In this document: positions 17,516-28,857 of the stretch, piece by piece | Position numbering within the stretch: position 1 is the stretch's first letter | Layout: every line of letters begins with the position of its first letter | NCBI GenBank assembly: GCA_964580765.1 | Contig: CAZOKW010000004.1 | Span: 1-41,739, forward strand | DNA from: an uncultured Candidatus Saccharibacteria bacterium | Lineage (GTDB): Bacteria; Patescibacteriota; Minisyncoccia; 2-02-FULL-40-12; IGHO2-12-FULL-4 | Direction: 5' to 3' | DNA: 41,739 nucleotides | The notes under the pieces: model-generated | Databases searched by the model: none | Seen by the model: only the letters and a program-made list of their open reading frames with translations | Told to the model about the DNA's origin: nothing | Translations under genes and position numbers: made by a program

Positions 17516-18682
17516 ATGGGCCTCAATTTTACACACTGGCCATACTATTGGCTGAATTCACTAAACCCAACAGGATCGGACAATTGGGCGGTTTTTTTTG
17601 GTGCTGATCTTAGAGATATATCGGAAGTCAACCGGAAATTTTTTATTGAAAAAACTAATCAGTGTTTAGATTATATCAGGAAAAATTGTGCTGGTTATCG
17701 GCTTATTTACCGTCCCCATCCCGATGAAACAAACGAAAGCCAGCTTTTGGATTTAACTTCTTTTTCCGTTCAAAAAAATGATCAGATCGCGGAAATATTT
17801 CTTTGGAAAAACAAGGAAAAAATAAAATATGTTTTCTCGGTCTGCTCTACTTCTTCCGTGGCCGGTTTTAATATGGGTTTTAATGCTTATAGTTTTTATC
17901 GTTATATTAAAGAACTCTTTAAGGGCGCGATCCGGATATACAATGATAATTATTTAGGTGATTTGCCAGACGATTTTTTTATTGAGAATTTAGCCGCTCC
18001 TCTTTTGGAAAATAAACGGGAATTAAGGGAAGACCAGAAACTCTCGGAAAGTTTCAAAAGTATTTTAGCCGAGAATTCTGGTCCGGTTTATTTTACTGTG
18101 GTAGAAAATAGATTCATCTTGGCCATTATCGGTTTAGCTAAAATGATCAGAAGAATTGCCCCGGAGCGGAAAATAAGTTTAATTGTCTCTAATCATAGTC
18201 GCTGGTCGGCCAGTTACTTACAGGAATTGGAAAAAGAGTTTGATGAAGTAGTAATTTTCCCCAGGCATTTTTATTCTTTACAGCCCAAAAAGCTTTGGTC
18301 CGCCTTTTTAACTTCCCGAAAAATAAAAAACAATCCGCTTCCTGCGGGGTCTATTCTGGTTGGTTTTGCCCATCATGATTTTGTGGAGAATTGCTTCATG
18401 TCGTATAACCGGAAGAATTTCAAAATCGCTTTTCTTCCGGAAGTAATTTGGGATTTAAATTTCCGGGCCGAAAGCGTCGGTTTTGATCCCAAGAATTTTA
18501 CCACAAATAAAGCCGGCTTTTTTTATAACCATTTTTTCGAGCCCCTACTTCGGCTTAACCGGACTGTCTTTAAGCACCATGGTAAGACCACCGATAAAAG
18601 GTTTTACTTTATAAAGCTTCAAAAACTGATTGAAGAAGTTTGCGAGGAGGTTTTTTTGCTTAAAAATTCTCCGACTGAATAA
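17516..18682 (+). CDS. Putative GT-B glycosyltransferase, sialyltransferase-like (paralog)
   Basis: YRPHP, IAE, FSVCSTSS; shares TN.CLDYIR, VENCFMSY, EPLL with previous gene. Confidence 0.55.
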   Translation: MGLNFTHWPYYWLNSLNPTGSDNWAVFFGADLRDISEVNRKFFIEKTNQCLDYIRKNCAGYRLIYRPHPDETNESQLLDLTSFSVQKNDQIAEIFLWKNKEKIKYVFSVCSTSSVAGFNMGFNAYSFYRYIKELFKGAIRIYNDNYLGDLPDDFFIENLAAPLLENKRELREDQKLSESFKSILAENSGPVYFTVVENRFILAIIGLAKMIRRIAPERKISLIVSNHSRWSASYLQELEKEFDEVVIFPRHFYSLQPKKLWSAFLTSRKIKNNPLPAGSILVGFAHHDFVENCFMSYNRKNFKIAFLPEVIWDLNFRAESVGFDPKNFTTNKAGFFYNHFFEPLLRLNRTVFKHHGKTTDKRFYFIKLQKLIEEVCEEVFLLKNSPTE

Positions 18683-18687
18683 GTTTT

Positions 18688-19785
18688 ATGAAAAGCATAC
18701 TTAATAAGTTCTATAATTTTGGTCTCTTGGTGTTGTGCTTGTTTTACATGCCATTTCGTGGGTTGGCCAAGAAAGTTTCCAAGGAGCCAAAAAAAATAAT
18801 AATTCTTCGCTGGACACCCCATATGGGGGATGTGGTTTATACAACTCCGATGTTTTCGGCCATCAAGAAAAAATATCCAGATTGCCAGATTTGCGTAGTG
18901 GGCCGGGGAAGGGTGGAAGAGGTAATCAGGTACAACCCCGAGGTGGATAAATTCATAGAATATAAAGATAACTTTTGGGAAACAGTTAGAAAGATAAGAC
19001 AAGAAAAGTTTGATTTTGGTTGTGTGGCCAAACCGGGGGCATCGGAGGGATTCGCTTTGTTGTATCTTGGCGGAGTTAAAGCCATTTCCATTTTTGATGT
19101 TTTGAATGAACCAAAAGTAAGATCAGCTACCTATCCATTTATGTTAAAATTAGGAGTATCTGTCCCTTTTTATAACCACCAGTATATTCCGCCCCAATTT
19201 TTGAAGCTTCTTGAACCATTGGATATTAAAAATCCTGATGTTCATTTCCATCTTTATTTTTCTCCAGAAGCCGAGAGTAAAATAAATTCTATTTTTAAAG
19301 AAAACAATATTGAACATGGACGGGATTTTATAGTGGCGTTAGCTCCTGGAGGTTCAACTGAAGAGAGGTGGTGGCCAGCGGATAGGTTTGCCGAACTGGC
19401 AAAATATTTGGTAGTTAATCACCATGCCAAGATTTTATTTCTTGGAGCCGGGATTGATAAAAAAGCGATTGATGGCGTTATCCAAAATTTAAGCGATACC
19501 CCCCATATTAATTTACTAAACCAAAATCTAGATGATTTTAAGGCCACCGTATCAAAATGTTCGTTGGTTATTGGCAACGACTCTGGCCCTATGGTTACGG
19601 CCGATGCTTTTAATATTCCTCAAATGATTTTTGTCGGTCCGACTGACCCAAGAGAATACCACACTCTTTCCGGACCAACTTATAAAATACTGCAATCTTC
19701 AGACAGAAAATTGACTTCCATCAGCACAGACACCGCTTTTAAAGAATTATATAATTTGCTTTATAACTTGAGCAGAGTAGCATGA
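18688..19785 (+). CDS. Glycosyltransferase family 9 (heptosyltransferase-like)
   Basis: HMGDVV..TP, NP.VD, APGGS..RWWP..F, IGNDSGP, GPT. Confidence 0.85.
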   Translation: MKSILNKFYNFGLLVLCLFYMPFRGLAKKVSKEPKKIIILRWTPHMGDVVYTTPMFSAIKKKYPDCQICVVGRGRVEEVIRYNPEVDKFIEYKDNFWETVRKIRQEKFDFGCVAKPGASEGFALLYLGGVKAISIFDVLNEPKVRSATYPFMLKLGVSVPFYNHQYIPPQFLKLLEPLDIKNPDVHFHLYFSPEAESKINSIFKENNIEHGRDFIVALAPGGSTEERWWPADRFAELAKYLVVNHHAKILFLGAGIDKKAIDGVIQNLSDTPHINLLNQNLDDFKATVSKCSLVIGNDSGPMVTADAFNIPQMIFVGPTDPREYHTLSGPTYKILQSSDRKLTSISTDTAFKELYNLLYNLSRVA

Positions 19786-20174
19786 AAAAGAGAATTTTAT
19801 TGCCAATTTCACCGGCGGAACTAATGGACAAAATTGCCATTCTTGAACTTAAAGCAAGGAAGATTTCTGATTCAGAAAAATTAAAGAATGTTAAGCATGA
19901 ACTGGAGGTATTAATGGAAGTATTCAAGAAAAATATTAAACGGTCCAAAGAATCGGATAAACTTTTTGATGAACTTCGCCAGCTAAGCGCCCGGGGTTGG
20001 AAAATAGAGGATATAAAAAGAGATTGTGAGAGGAAAGGTGATTTTGGACCTAAATTTATAAATGCCGCGCGAGGGGCCTTCAAAAATAATGACGCCAGAG
20101 CGGCGATATGGAAAGAGATTAACACTCACCTTAAATCCGACATTGTCCAAGAAAAATCATACAAAAAGTACTAA
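19782..20174 (+). CDS. DUF6165-like small helical protein
   Basis: ISPAEL.DKI.ILELK...KL.NV..EL, W.IED.R, N..RA..K..IN, EK.Y. Confidence 0.65.
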   Translation: MKKRILLPISPAELMDKIAILELKARKISDSEKLKNVKHELEVLMEVFKKNIKRSKESDKLFDELRQLSARGWKIEDIKRDCERKGDFGPKFINAARGAFKNNDARAAIWKEINTHLKSDIVQEKSYKKY

Positions 20175-21177
20175 GGCCTCAACGGCTTTTATAACCGGCC
20201 TGGCCGGTCAGGACGGTTCTTATCTGGCCGAATTGCTCTTGAAAAAAGGCTATAAGGTTTTCGGGCTAGTTAAAAAGGGGGATAGGTATCTCAAAAATAT
20301 ACCAAAAGGTGTTGAAGTTTTTTATGGTAATCTTGGCAATCCCAGTGCCATAAGATTAATAGTTTCTAAATCCAGACCCGATGAGGTTTACAATCTGGCC
20401 GGAATTTCTGATTTAAAAACTGCCTTTAAATTTCCGGAGAAGACGATGGACGTTAATTTTAAAGCAGTTTGTTGGCTTCTTGGCGAGTGTCTAAAAGTAA
20501 ATCCCAATGTTAAATTTCTCCAGGCCTCCTCAAGTGAAATATTCAAGCAGTCCCGCCAGCCGCTAAGTGAAAAGTCGGCCAGAAATTGGCAGACCGACAA
20601 CCCCTATGCGAGAGCTAAAATGGAAGCCGATAGATATTTAGAAAACATTAGAAAAAATAAAAATACTTTTGCTTGCTCGGCCATATTATTCAATCACGAG
20701 TCGCCTCGCCGACCGGATAAATTTGTAACTAGAAAAATAACTTCAACTTTATCTAAAATAAAACTTGGATTAGCCGAGTGTCTAGAATTAGGCAATTTAG
20801 ACGCCAGACGCGATTGGGGATTTGCCGGCGATTATGTTGAGGCCATGTGGAGAATACTTCAGACAGATCTACCCGATGATTTTATAATTGCAACGGGAGA
20901 AGCGCATTCTATAAAAGAATTTATTGAAACTGCCTGTAATGCCCTGTCCATGAAAATATCTTGGCGCGACGAAGGGATTAAAATTGAAGGGGTGGATCAA
21001 AATGGCCAGATAATTGTGAAAATTAATCCTGATTTTTATCGTCCAACTGAAAAATATCCTAAAGTAGGTGATATAACCAAAGCCAAAACAATCCTTCAGT
21101 GGGCTCCCAAGACAAGTTTTGAACAACTAGTGGAAATGATGGCTAGAGAAGATTTAAAAAGTATTAGTAAGAAATAA
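20143..21177 (+). CDS. gmd: GDP-mannose 4,6-dehydratase-like protein (divergent second copy)
   Basis: ITGLAGQDGSYLAE, QASSSE, YARAK, FNHESPRR, FVTRKI, LGNLDARRDWG; start uncertain (TTG 20143 or ATG 20062/20089). Confidence 0.8.
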   Translation: MSKKNHTKSTKASTAFITGLAGQDGSYLAELLLKKGYKVFGLVKKGDRYLKNIPKGVEVFYGNLGNPSAIRLIVSKSRPDEVYNLAGISDLKTAFKFPEKTMDVNFKAVCWLLGECLKVNPNVKFLQASSSEIFKQSRQPLSEKSARNWQTDNPYARAKMEADRYLENIRKNKNTFACSAILFNHESPRRPDKFVTRKITSTLSKIKLGLAECLELGNLDARRDWGFAGDYVEAMWRILQTDLPDDFIIATGEAHSIKEFIETACNALSMKISWRDEGIKIEGVDQNGQIIVKINPDFYRPTEKYPKVGDITKAKTILQWAPKTSFEQLVEMMAREDLKSISKK

Positions 21178-22438
21178 CTTCAAATTTTGGGCAGGGGACA
21201 ATAAATTTACCGCCTTTCTTGAGATACTCTGCCTCTCTTTGTTTGAACTCTTTTATAAAGTGCCAGGGAAGAATGAGAAGGTAGTCCGGCTGGGCTTTTC
21301 TCATTTCTTCTTCTGACCGAATTGGGATATTTGTTCCAACTGTCTTTAATCCAAACTTAGCGGGTGAACGTTCCGCAACCGCATCTATTAAAGTGTGGTC
21401 TAAACCAAACCATTGCAGAAGGGTATTGCCTTTGGTTGAGGCTCCATAACCCCAGATTTTTTTGCCTCTAGACTTCTCTTTTTTTATAAAGTTAACCGTT
21501 TTTGTTTTTAGATCAAGCGAGCTTTTGTAGAAGTCAAGATACGTTTTTTTGTTTGTTAGATTAAGAGATTTTTCGTGACTTAAGGTGGTTTGGACTCGAT
21601 AATTAGCCACCGATCGGTAGGGAGCAGTGGCAAATCTTGATTCGTCAGCGTTATTTTTGCGGATATAAACTCTAAAGCTCCCGCCATTAACATCGTTGAA
21701 TTGGCAGTCTACTATTTTTAAACCGTGTTTTTCAAGGAGGTATTTTAATGCTCCCAGGCTGTAGTATTCTAAATGTTCGTGGCAAATATTGTCAAAGGCT
21801 ATTTGTTCCAACATCAGAGGTAAGTAGCTCATTTGTAAAACCCAAAGACCGTCTTGGTGCAGGGTTTGTTTAATATCGCTGACAAACTGGTGGGGACTTT
21901 CAAGATCGTAAAACATGGCAATGGAAGTAATGGCCATGGCTTTTTTGTTTCCAAATTTACTCTTCCGGAATGTTTGATGATTAAAATAATCATCAATAAT
22001 TAAATTGGCGTGTTTGCTGGACAGTTCTTTGAAGCCATTTTTAGCCGGATCAAATCCAATACGGGTAAGATTCTTATCCAAAAAACTTAAAAGTGTCCCA
22101 TCATTACAACCGATATCAATAAAAACATCGCCGGGGCTTGCCTTGATAAGGTCTTGGGTGGAGCGGGCGATTTGCTCCAGCTCTCTGGTCATTGAAATGT
22201 TGGTGCCGGAGCGATACCAATATTCTCTATACATTTTATCCAAAGGCGCGGTGTGGGCAAGCTGGACTAGGCCTGATTTGGGAGCCAGACAGAGCTTAAG
22301 TTCTAATAGTTCAATTTTTGGTTTTTCTTTTGGGCCGATAAAATCAGAAACATAGGTAGCGCCCAAGGAAAACAAACCAACCAATTTTTCGTTGGATATG
22401 CGGCAGACCTTTCGTTCAATTATCGCTGGTTTGACCAT
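21164..22438 (-). CDS. NDP-sugar C-methyltransferase (TcaB9/NovU-like family)
   Basis: Y.YRSG, DIGCNDG.LL, HEH..YYS, NGGS.R, GYGASTKGNTLL, LILPWHF. Confidence 0.85.
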   Translation of the reverse strand: MVKPAIIERKVCRISNEKLVGLFSLGATYVSDFIGPKEKPKIELLELKLCLAPKSGLVQLAHTAPLDKMYREYWYRSGTNISMTRELEQIARSTQDLIKASPGDVFIDIGCNDGTLLSFLDKNLTRIGFDPAKNGFKELSSKHANLIIDDYFNHQTFRKSKFGNKKAMAITSIAMFYDLESPHQFVSDIKQTLHQDGLWVLQMSYLPLMLEQIAFDNICHEHLEYYSLGALKYLLEKHGLKIVDCQFNDVNGGSFRVYIRKNNADESRFATAPYRSVANYRVQTTLSHEKSLNLTNKKTYLDFYKSSLDLKTKTVNFIKKEKSRGKKIWGYGASTKGNTLLQWFGLDHTLIDAVAERSPAKFGLKTVGTNIPIRSEEEMRKAQPDYLLILPWHFIKEFKQREAEYLKKGGKFIVPCPKFEVISY

Positions 22439-22497
22439 ATGTATATTAAAAATAAATACCCCTTCGGGCCCGTTTGTTACTGTAACTGAATTATATT

Positions 22498-23553
22498 TTA
22501 AGTCAAATGAAACTCCATGGCCCTTAGTAGTTTCTCTGCTAAAATTTTAGGAGTCAATTCCTGAAGATATAATTGGTAAGCATTCTCGGCTATTTTTTCC
22601 CGGAGTTCGGGTTTACTTTTTATGGCCAGAATTTTTTTGGCTAGGTCTTGGGCGTCGGCCGGGTTACAACAAAAACAGGTTTCATTTTCTTTGAATAATT
22701 CTAGCACGGCTTTATTTCTGGCTGTTAAATAAGGAATTTTCATGACAGCGCTTTCAAAGGATTTGTGGGGAATCGTTCGGTTCAGGCGATCGTGGTTGGA
22801 AAGCTGGCCTAAACTTAAATGGCATTCTTGCGTCTTTTTTCTCAGCTCGGCTATCCCCAATTTGTCTCTTATCCATTCTATATTTTTGGAGTCAAAACTG
22901 GCCAAGATATTTTCTATTTTTTGATTCATCATTCCCGTGCCAATTATTCTGAATTTTATATTTTCGTTTTGCAATATTTTAGCCGTTTCAATCGCGTATT
23001 CGATGCCGGACTCGGGAAGAAATCCGCCTCGGAATAATACAGTAAAATCTTTTGCCTTGGAAATAGATGGATTGTGGAAAAAATCTTGATCGTTGGCGCC
23101 GGTCCAGCTTCGCAGTAATTTTTTTCGGGAAACAAAAAATTTAGCGGAGGCATATTCTACTTGTTTTTGACTTTCCAGAAGAGATAGATGGGCCAGGTGA
23201 AAAGCAAAAAAATCAACCAGCCAGCAATAGAGACCCTTGAAAGAAAAAGGGGTGCTTTGTTCGCGTGCGACGATAATACCCTCATATAGGGAACTTAAAG
23301 CGTTAAAAACAATTTTTTTTCTTGAAATCAGGCGGGCCAAAGGCACCAGGATATGGGCAGAATAGCCGACCAGAAGAACATCATAATCATTCTTGATTAG
23401 TTTGTGCTTTTTATAGAGCATCAAAAATTTTCTCCAGGTTGGGGAGTTGTTTTTGCACTCAATAATTTCCACTCCATTCTGTCTTAGGCCGTCAAGATAA
23501 ACCATATCTCTGGCGGGGGGACGATTAGTGAGGGTGAAATAGCAAATTCTCAT
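22498..23553 (-). CDS. Glycosyltransferase family 4
   Basis: GT-B C-terminal pattern F.G...G, IPHK.FE.....P, L..KI, A..LY. Confidence 0.8.
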   Translation of the reverse strand: MRICYFTLTNRPPARDMVYLDGLRQNGVEIIECKNNSPTWRKFLMLYKKHKLIKNDYDVLLVGYSAHILVPLARLISRKKIVFNALSSLYEGIIVAREQSTPFSFKGLYCWLVDFFAFHLAHLSLLESQKQVEYASAKFFVSRKKLLRSWTGANDQDFFHNPSISKAKDFTVLFRGGFLPESGIEYAIETAKILQNENIKFRIIGTGMMNQKIENILASFDSKNIEWIRDKLGIAELRKKTQECHLSLGQLSNHDRLNRTIPHKSFESAVMKIPYLTARNKAVLELFKENETCFCCNPADAQDLAKKILAIKSKPELREKIAENAYQLYLQELTPKILAEKLLRAMEFHLT

Positions 23554-23559
23554 TTCTAG

Positions 23560-23588
23560 AATTTACAACAATTTTAGCATCTTGGCAA
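23560..23588 (-). promoter_or_regulatory. Putative leaderless promoter of GT4 gene
   Basis: Minus strand TTGCCA-17 bp-TAAATT, 6 nt before ATG 23553. Confidence 0.55.
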
Positions 23589-23595
23589 ATAAAAA

Positions 23596-23621
23596 CCCTC
23601 CTTCGCTAAAGCTTCGGAGGG
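23596..23621. repeat. Short REP-like palindrome
   Basis: CCCTCC-TTC-GCTAAAGC-TTC-GGAGGG, hairpin with symmetric 3x3 internal loop; may also terminate the radical SAM gene. Confidence 0.7.
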
Positions 23622-23631
23622 CGTTGCCGAT

Positions 23632-25344
23632 TTACATTTCCAGGATTTTCAAGGTTTGGCCAGAATCAATATACTCTCTGGCTTGCAAGAAAGTATCCGT
23701 TGGCATATCGCCGAAGTTAAGCGGCTCGTTATCCGGGCCGTAAAGAACTTTGGTGGCGTCATCTAACTCCAGCATGTATTTTTCAAATGCCTCGTCAAAG
23801 ACCGGCTCGTATTCTACTCCGCCCGGTTTGGTCAAAGATTGGACAAAAGAAAGCCCGAAGACCCGGCTTAGCTCATCTCTCACCCGCTGATAATTTATAA
23901 TGGTTGTGCCGGGATACCAAGTCAAAGTAAACATTCTGGTGTTAACGGAACTGGCCGGGAGGCCTTGGCTGGCATAATATTCCAATTGCCATTGCAGAAA
24001 CCGCACTGTTTCTTGCAGATCTTCTAATGTTTCCGTCGGACAGGCCAGAATCCAGGTGCAGTTGGAGTGGATGCCGTTCTCCAGAGCATTTTTGATACCC
24101 ACAATCATAGAGCGAGGGAACAAGTGCTTTTTTCCTCCCACCATTACCTCCATCATGCCATTAGAAAGAGTGTGTCCGCCCTTGCCGATGGCTTCCAAAA
24201 CTTTTGGACTGGCGCTTTCCGGACCAAATCCGATGTATTTGCAACCGGCTTTGGCCATCGTCTCGGCAGTGCCAAGAGTGGTTTCGTTCAGGCCGGCTAC
24301 TTCATCCAGTCGGGTATGCGTTCCCCAAGAGACCAGGTTGTTGAGGTCTTTGATGCGACCAAGTGTTACGGCGAAGTTATCATCGGGGAATCCATGGAAG
24401 GTAATGCCATATCTATCAATGTGTTCATGCAGTTCGCGCATGATGTGCTCGGCGGAGCGTACCCCCCATTTGCGTTCGCCTTGCGAGCCGCGGAAACAAT
24501 ATTTGCACCCAAATGGACAGCCGCGGCTGGAAACGGAAGTGGTTTTGGGGATGACATCTTCATCCTCCATAGCAATGGCCGAGCTGTTGTTAGCCTGACG
24601 GCTCCAGGTGGGAGCTTGAAGATATCTTTCCAGCAGAGAAACTCCATAGACGTCTGCGCGGAGGAGTTCCAAATCGGCGAAGGGCAGGATATCTAGGTTT
24701 AAGGGTCTATCACCGGCATATAAGAACCTATGTCGGCCATTTATATTACCCATATAATAGGGTTTGAGCTGGCCGGTGTTGAGAGCATTTTCAAAACCGA
24801 CTTTTCTAATGACTACCGCATCATGCACTATTTTTACAATGACGTCATCGCCTTCCGAGTGAGCTACCCCATCAAGCTCCGGGATGTATTGGAAGAGGTG
24901 GAGTTTGGCTTCAGTGGCCAGTCCGTTTCCGGAAACAAGAAAAACATCCGGCAGAATGGAACGAACAATTTTGGCCATTTCTTTTTGCCACCGATAGGTA
25001 GTAATCTTGCCGGAGAATCCTATCATGACCGGTTCTCCATAAACTCGGAGGTGTTCACGCAGTTGCTGTTCCGCTTCTTGGAAGATTTTGTGCCGGCCCC
25101 AAGGGAGGTTTTCCCCCGCCACTGTCCGTTTGTTCCAGAGCTCGTCTTTTATCCGATAGCCGTTCAGGTCAATGATGGAAACATTGACTCCGAAATGATC
25201 TCTTAGCCGGGTGGCTAAAAGAAGCGGGCCTTCGGGGGTCACATTTGGTCTGGCCGATTCCCGCAGAGGCATGTTTATAAAAAGCACATTGGCTCCCTCA
25301 ATTATTTTTACCGGTAATTCCCTTATCAATTCGGCAGGATGCAT
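23632..25344 (-). CDS. B12-binding-domain radical SAM protein
   Basis: SRGCPFGCKYC (CxxxCxxC), DDNF, G.ES.S..L..K, N-terminal P.G..LA/IDLN/GFS cobalamin-domain-like region; AAGGGAG SD before ATG 25344. Confidence 0.85.
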   Translation of the reverse strand: MHPAELIRELPVKIIEGANVLFINMPLRESARPNVTPEGPLLLATRLRDHFGVNVSIIDLNGYRIKDELWNKRTVAGENLPWGRHKIFQEAEQQLREHLRVYGEPVMIGFSGKITTYRWQKEMAKIVRSILPDVFLVSGNGLATEAKLHLFQYIPELDGVAHSEGDDVIVKIVHDAVVIRKVGFENALNTGQLKPYYMGNINGRHRFLYAGDRPLNLDILPFADLELLRADVYGVSLLERYLQAPTWSRQANNSSAIAMEDEDVIPKTTSVSSRGCPFGCKYCFRGSQGERKWGVRSAEHIMRELHEHIDRYGITFHGFPDDNFAVTLGRIKDLNNLVSWGTHTRLDEVAGLNETTLGTAETMAKAGCKYIGFGPESASPKVLEAIGKGGHTLSNGMMEVMVGGKKHLFPRSMIVGIKNALENGIHSNCTWILACPTETLEDLQETVRFLQWQLEYYASQGLPASSVNTRMFTLTWYPGTTIINYQRVRDELSRVFGLSFVQSLTKPGGVEYEPVFDEAFEKYMLELDDATKVLYGPDNEPLNFGDMPTDTFLQAREYIDSGQTLKILEM

Positions 25345-25417
25345 ACTATTCTCCCTTTTATTTTTAAAAAAGCTTACTATTATTAAAACAAAAACCTTGA
25401 TAAAAATCAAGGTTGGA

Positions 25418-27428
<2,011 letters not shown>

Positions 27429-27435
27429 GGTTATT

Positions 27436-27460
27436 GTAGAGATGGTTTTAAAGCCATCTC
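27436..27460. repeat. GTAG-type REP-like palindrome
   Basis: GTAG followed by hairpin GAGATGGTTT-ta-AAGCCATCTC. Confidence 0.5.
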
Positions 27461-27519
27461 ATCTTAATCGATTACTTTAATTTTTACAACGGGGGTTTTT
27501 GTTGTATGATCATGTGGTC

Positions 27520-28857
27520 ATGATGCAGTTTTTGAGAAACAAAATTACCTATTTTCGTCAGCATTGGTTTGTGCGGCGGGCCGTTACTTTACAGGCCGGC
27601 AGTTTTGCGGGAAGTGTGCTTCAAGCCGGCATTGGCATCATTATTGCCCGGTTTCTGCAGCCGGAGCTTTTTGGTATTTATGCTTTGGCTTTGGGTATGG
27701 CCAGCTTGACCACTTTAATTATTGGCATGGGTATTCAAGAAGCGGTTTCCAGTTTATTGGGCCGGGCTTATGCTAAAAATGATAAAAATGAAATCGCCAA
27801 TGTTTTGGGTTTTATGCTCAAACTTACTTTTTTGGCCGCTTTGGTAGTACTGGCCGTATCGGCATTTTTACCAACTATTGCTAACCGGTTGTATGGCGAT
27901 TCTCTGGTCGGTGTTTATGCGGCGATTGTGGTCGTGGCGGTTATTTTTTCTTCTCTTTTTTACACTATTGCCTATTCCTCTTTTCAAGTTGTTGGTCGTA
28001 TAAAATCGTTATCTATTTTAATGATTTCGGATCAAGTTCTAAGGTATGGTTTGTCTTTGATTTTAGTGGTAGGCGGATTAGGAGTAGCTGGAGCGGTCAA
28101 CGGCCAGTTGGCCGGAGCGGTGATTGTTTTTATAATTTCCTCTTGGTTGTATAAAAAAGTAAGTAGTCAGGAACCGCTTTTTCCCGGCTTGCGCCAATTA
28201 ATGGTGGCCGCCAGAAAGGCGAGTTTAAAAAAATATTTCCGTTTTACTTTTTGGGTGGCCTTAGACCGCAATATGGGCAATGTCTATATGGCTTTGCCGG
28301 TTATTCTGGCCGGTATTTATGTGACCTCTTCGGAGATTGCTTTTTTTAAATTATCCTTTGGTTTTATTAATCTGGTTTTAAGTTTGCTGGGCCCTATTTC
28401 TGTGCTTTTGAATGTGGAATTTCCCAAAATCCAAATGGAGGATAAAAAAAGATTATATCTTAACTTCCGCCGGGTTTCTTTTTACTCCCTGGGGCTTTCG
28501 GCTTTATTGACAACGGGAGCGATTATTATTTCTCCGCTGGTTTTTAAGATTCTTTATGGGGAAAGTTTTTTACCGAGTGTAAAGTATGTTTCCGGACTTT
28601 TAATTTACGGGTCTTTTATGGGTATTGGAGTGGGGCTTGGTCCGATGTGGCGCGCCACCGATAAAGTAAAAGTTTCCATTCTGATTAATTCTTTGATTTT
28701 AGTGGTTGGTATCCCGCTGGGGCTTTGGTTAATCAAAAATTATGGTCTCTGGGGAGCGGTAATCATGGTGACGGTTTGGTTTACCGTCTCGCATTTTATT
28801 TCCTTTTTTTATTTAATGAAAAGTTTGGGAAATAAAACTCCCGCTGACGGGAGTTAA
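27520..28857 (+). CDS. wzx: Wzx-type oligosaccharide flippase (MOP superfamily)
   Basis: About 12 hydrophobic helices, AR.L.PE.FG.Y motif, polysaccharide locus context. Confidence 0.8.
   Translation: MMQFLRNKITYFRQHWFVRRAVTLQAGSFAGSVLQAGIGIIIARFLQPELFGIYALALGMASLTTLIIGMGIQEAVSSLLGRAYAKNDKNEIANVLGFMLKLTFLAALVVLAVSAFLPTIANRLYGDSLVGVYAAIVVVAVIFSSLFYTIAYSSFQVVGRIKSLSILMISDQVLRYGLSLILVVGGLGVAGAVNGQLAGAVIVFIISSWLYKKVSSQEPLFPGLRQLMVAARKASLKKYFRFTFWVALDRNMGNVYMALPVILAGIYVTSSEIAFFKLSFGFINLVLSLLGPISVLLNVEFPKIQMEDKKRLYLNFRRVSFYSLGLSALLTTGAIIISPLVFKILYGESFLPSVKYVSGLLIYGSFMGIGVGLGPMWRATDKVKVSILINSLILVVGIPLGLWLIKNYGLWGAVIMVTVWFTVSHFISFFYLMKSLGNKTPADGS
28836..28855 (-). terminator. Terminator hairpin between convergent genes
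   Basis: AACTCCCG-ctga-CGGGAGTT; T-tract on minus strand. Confidence 0.6.

Noticed and set aside
22455-22467. AATACCCCTTCGG match to the start of copy D
   Set aside because: 13-bp match with no accompanying structure; may be chance or part of the methyltransferase leader.
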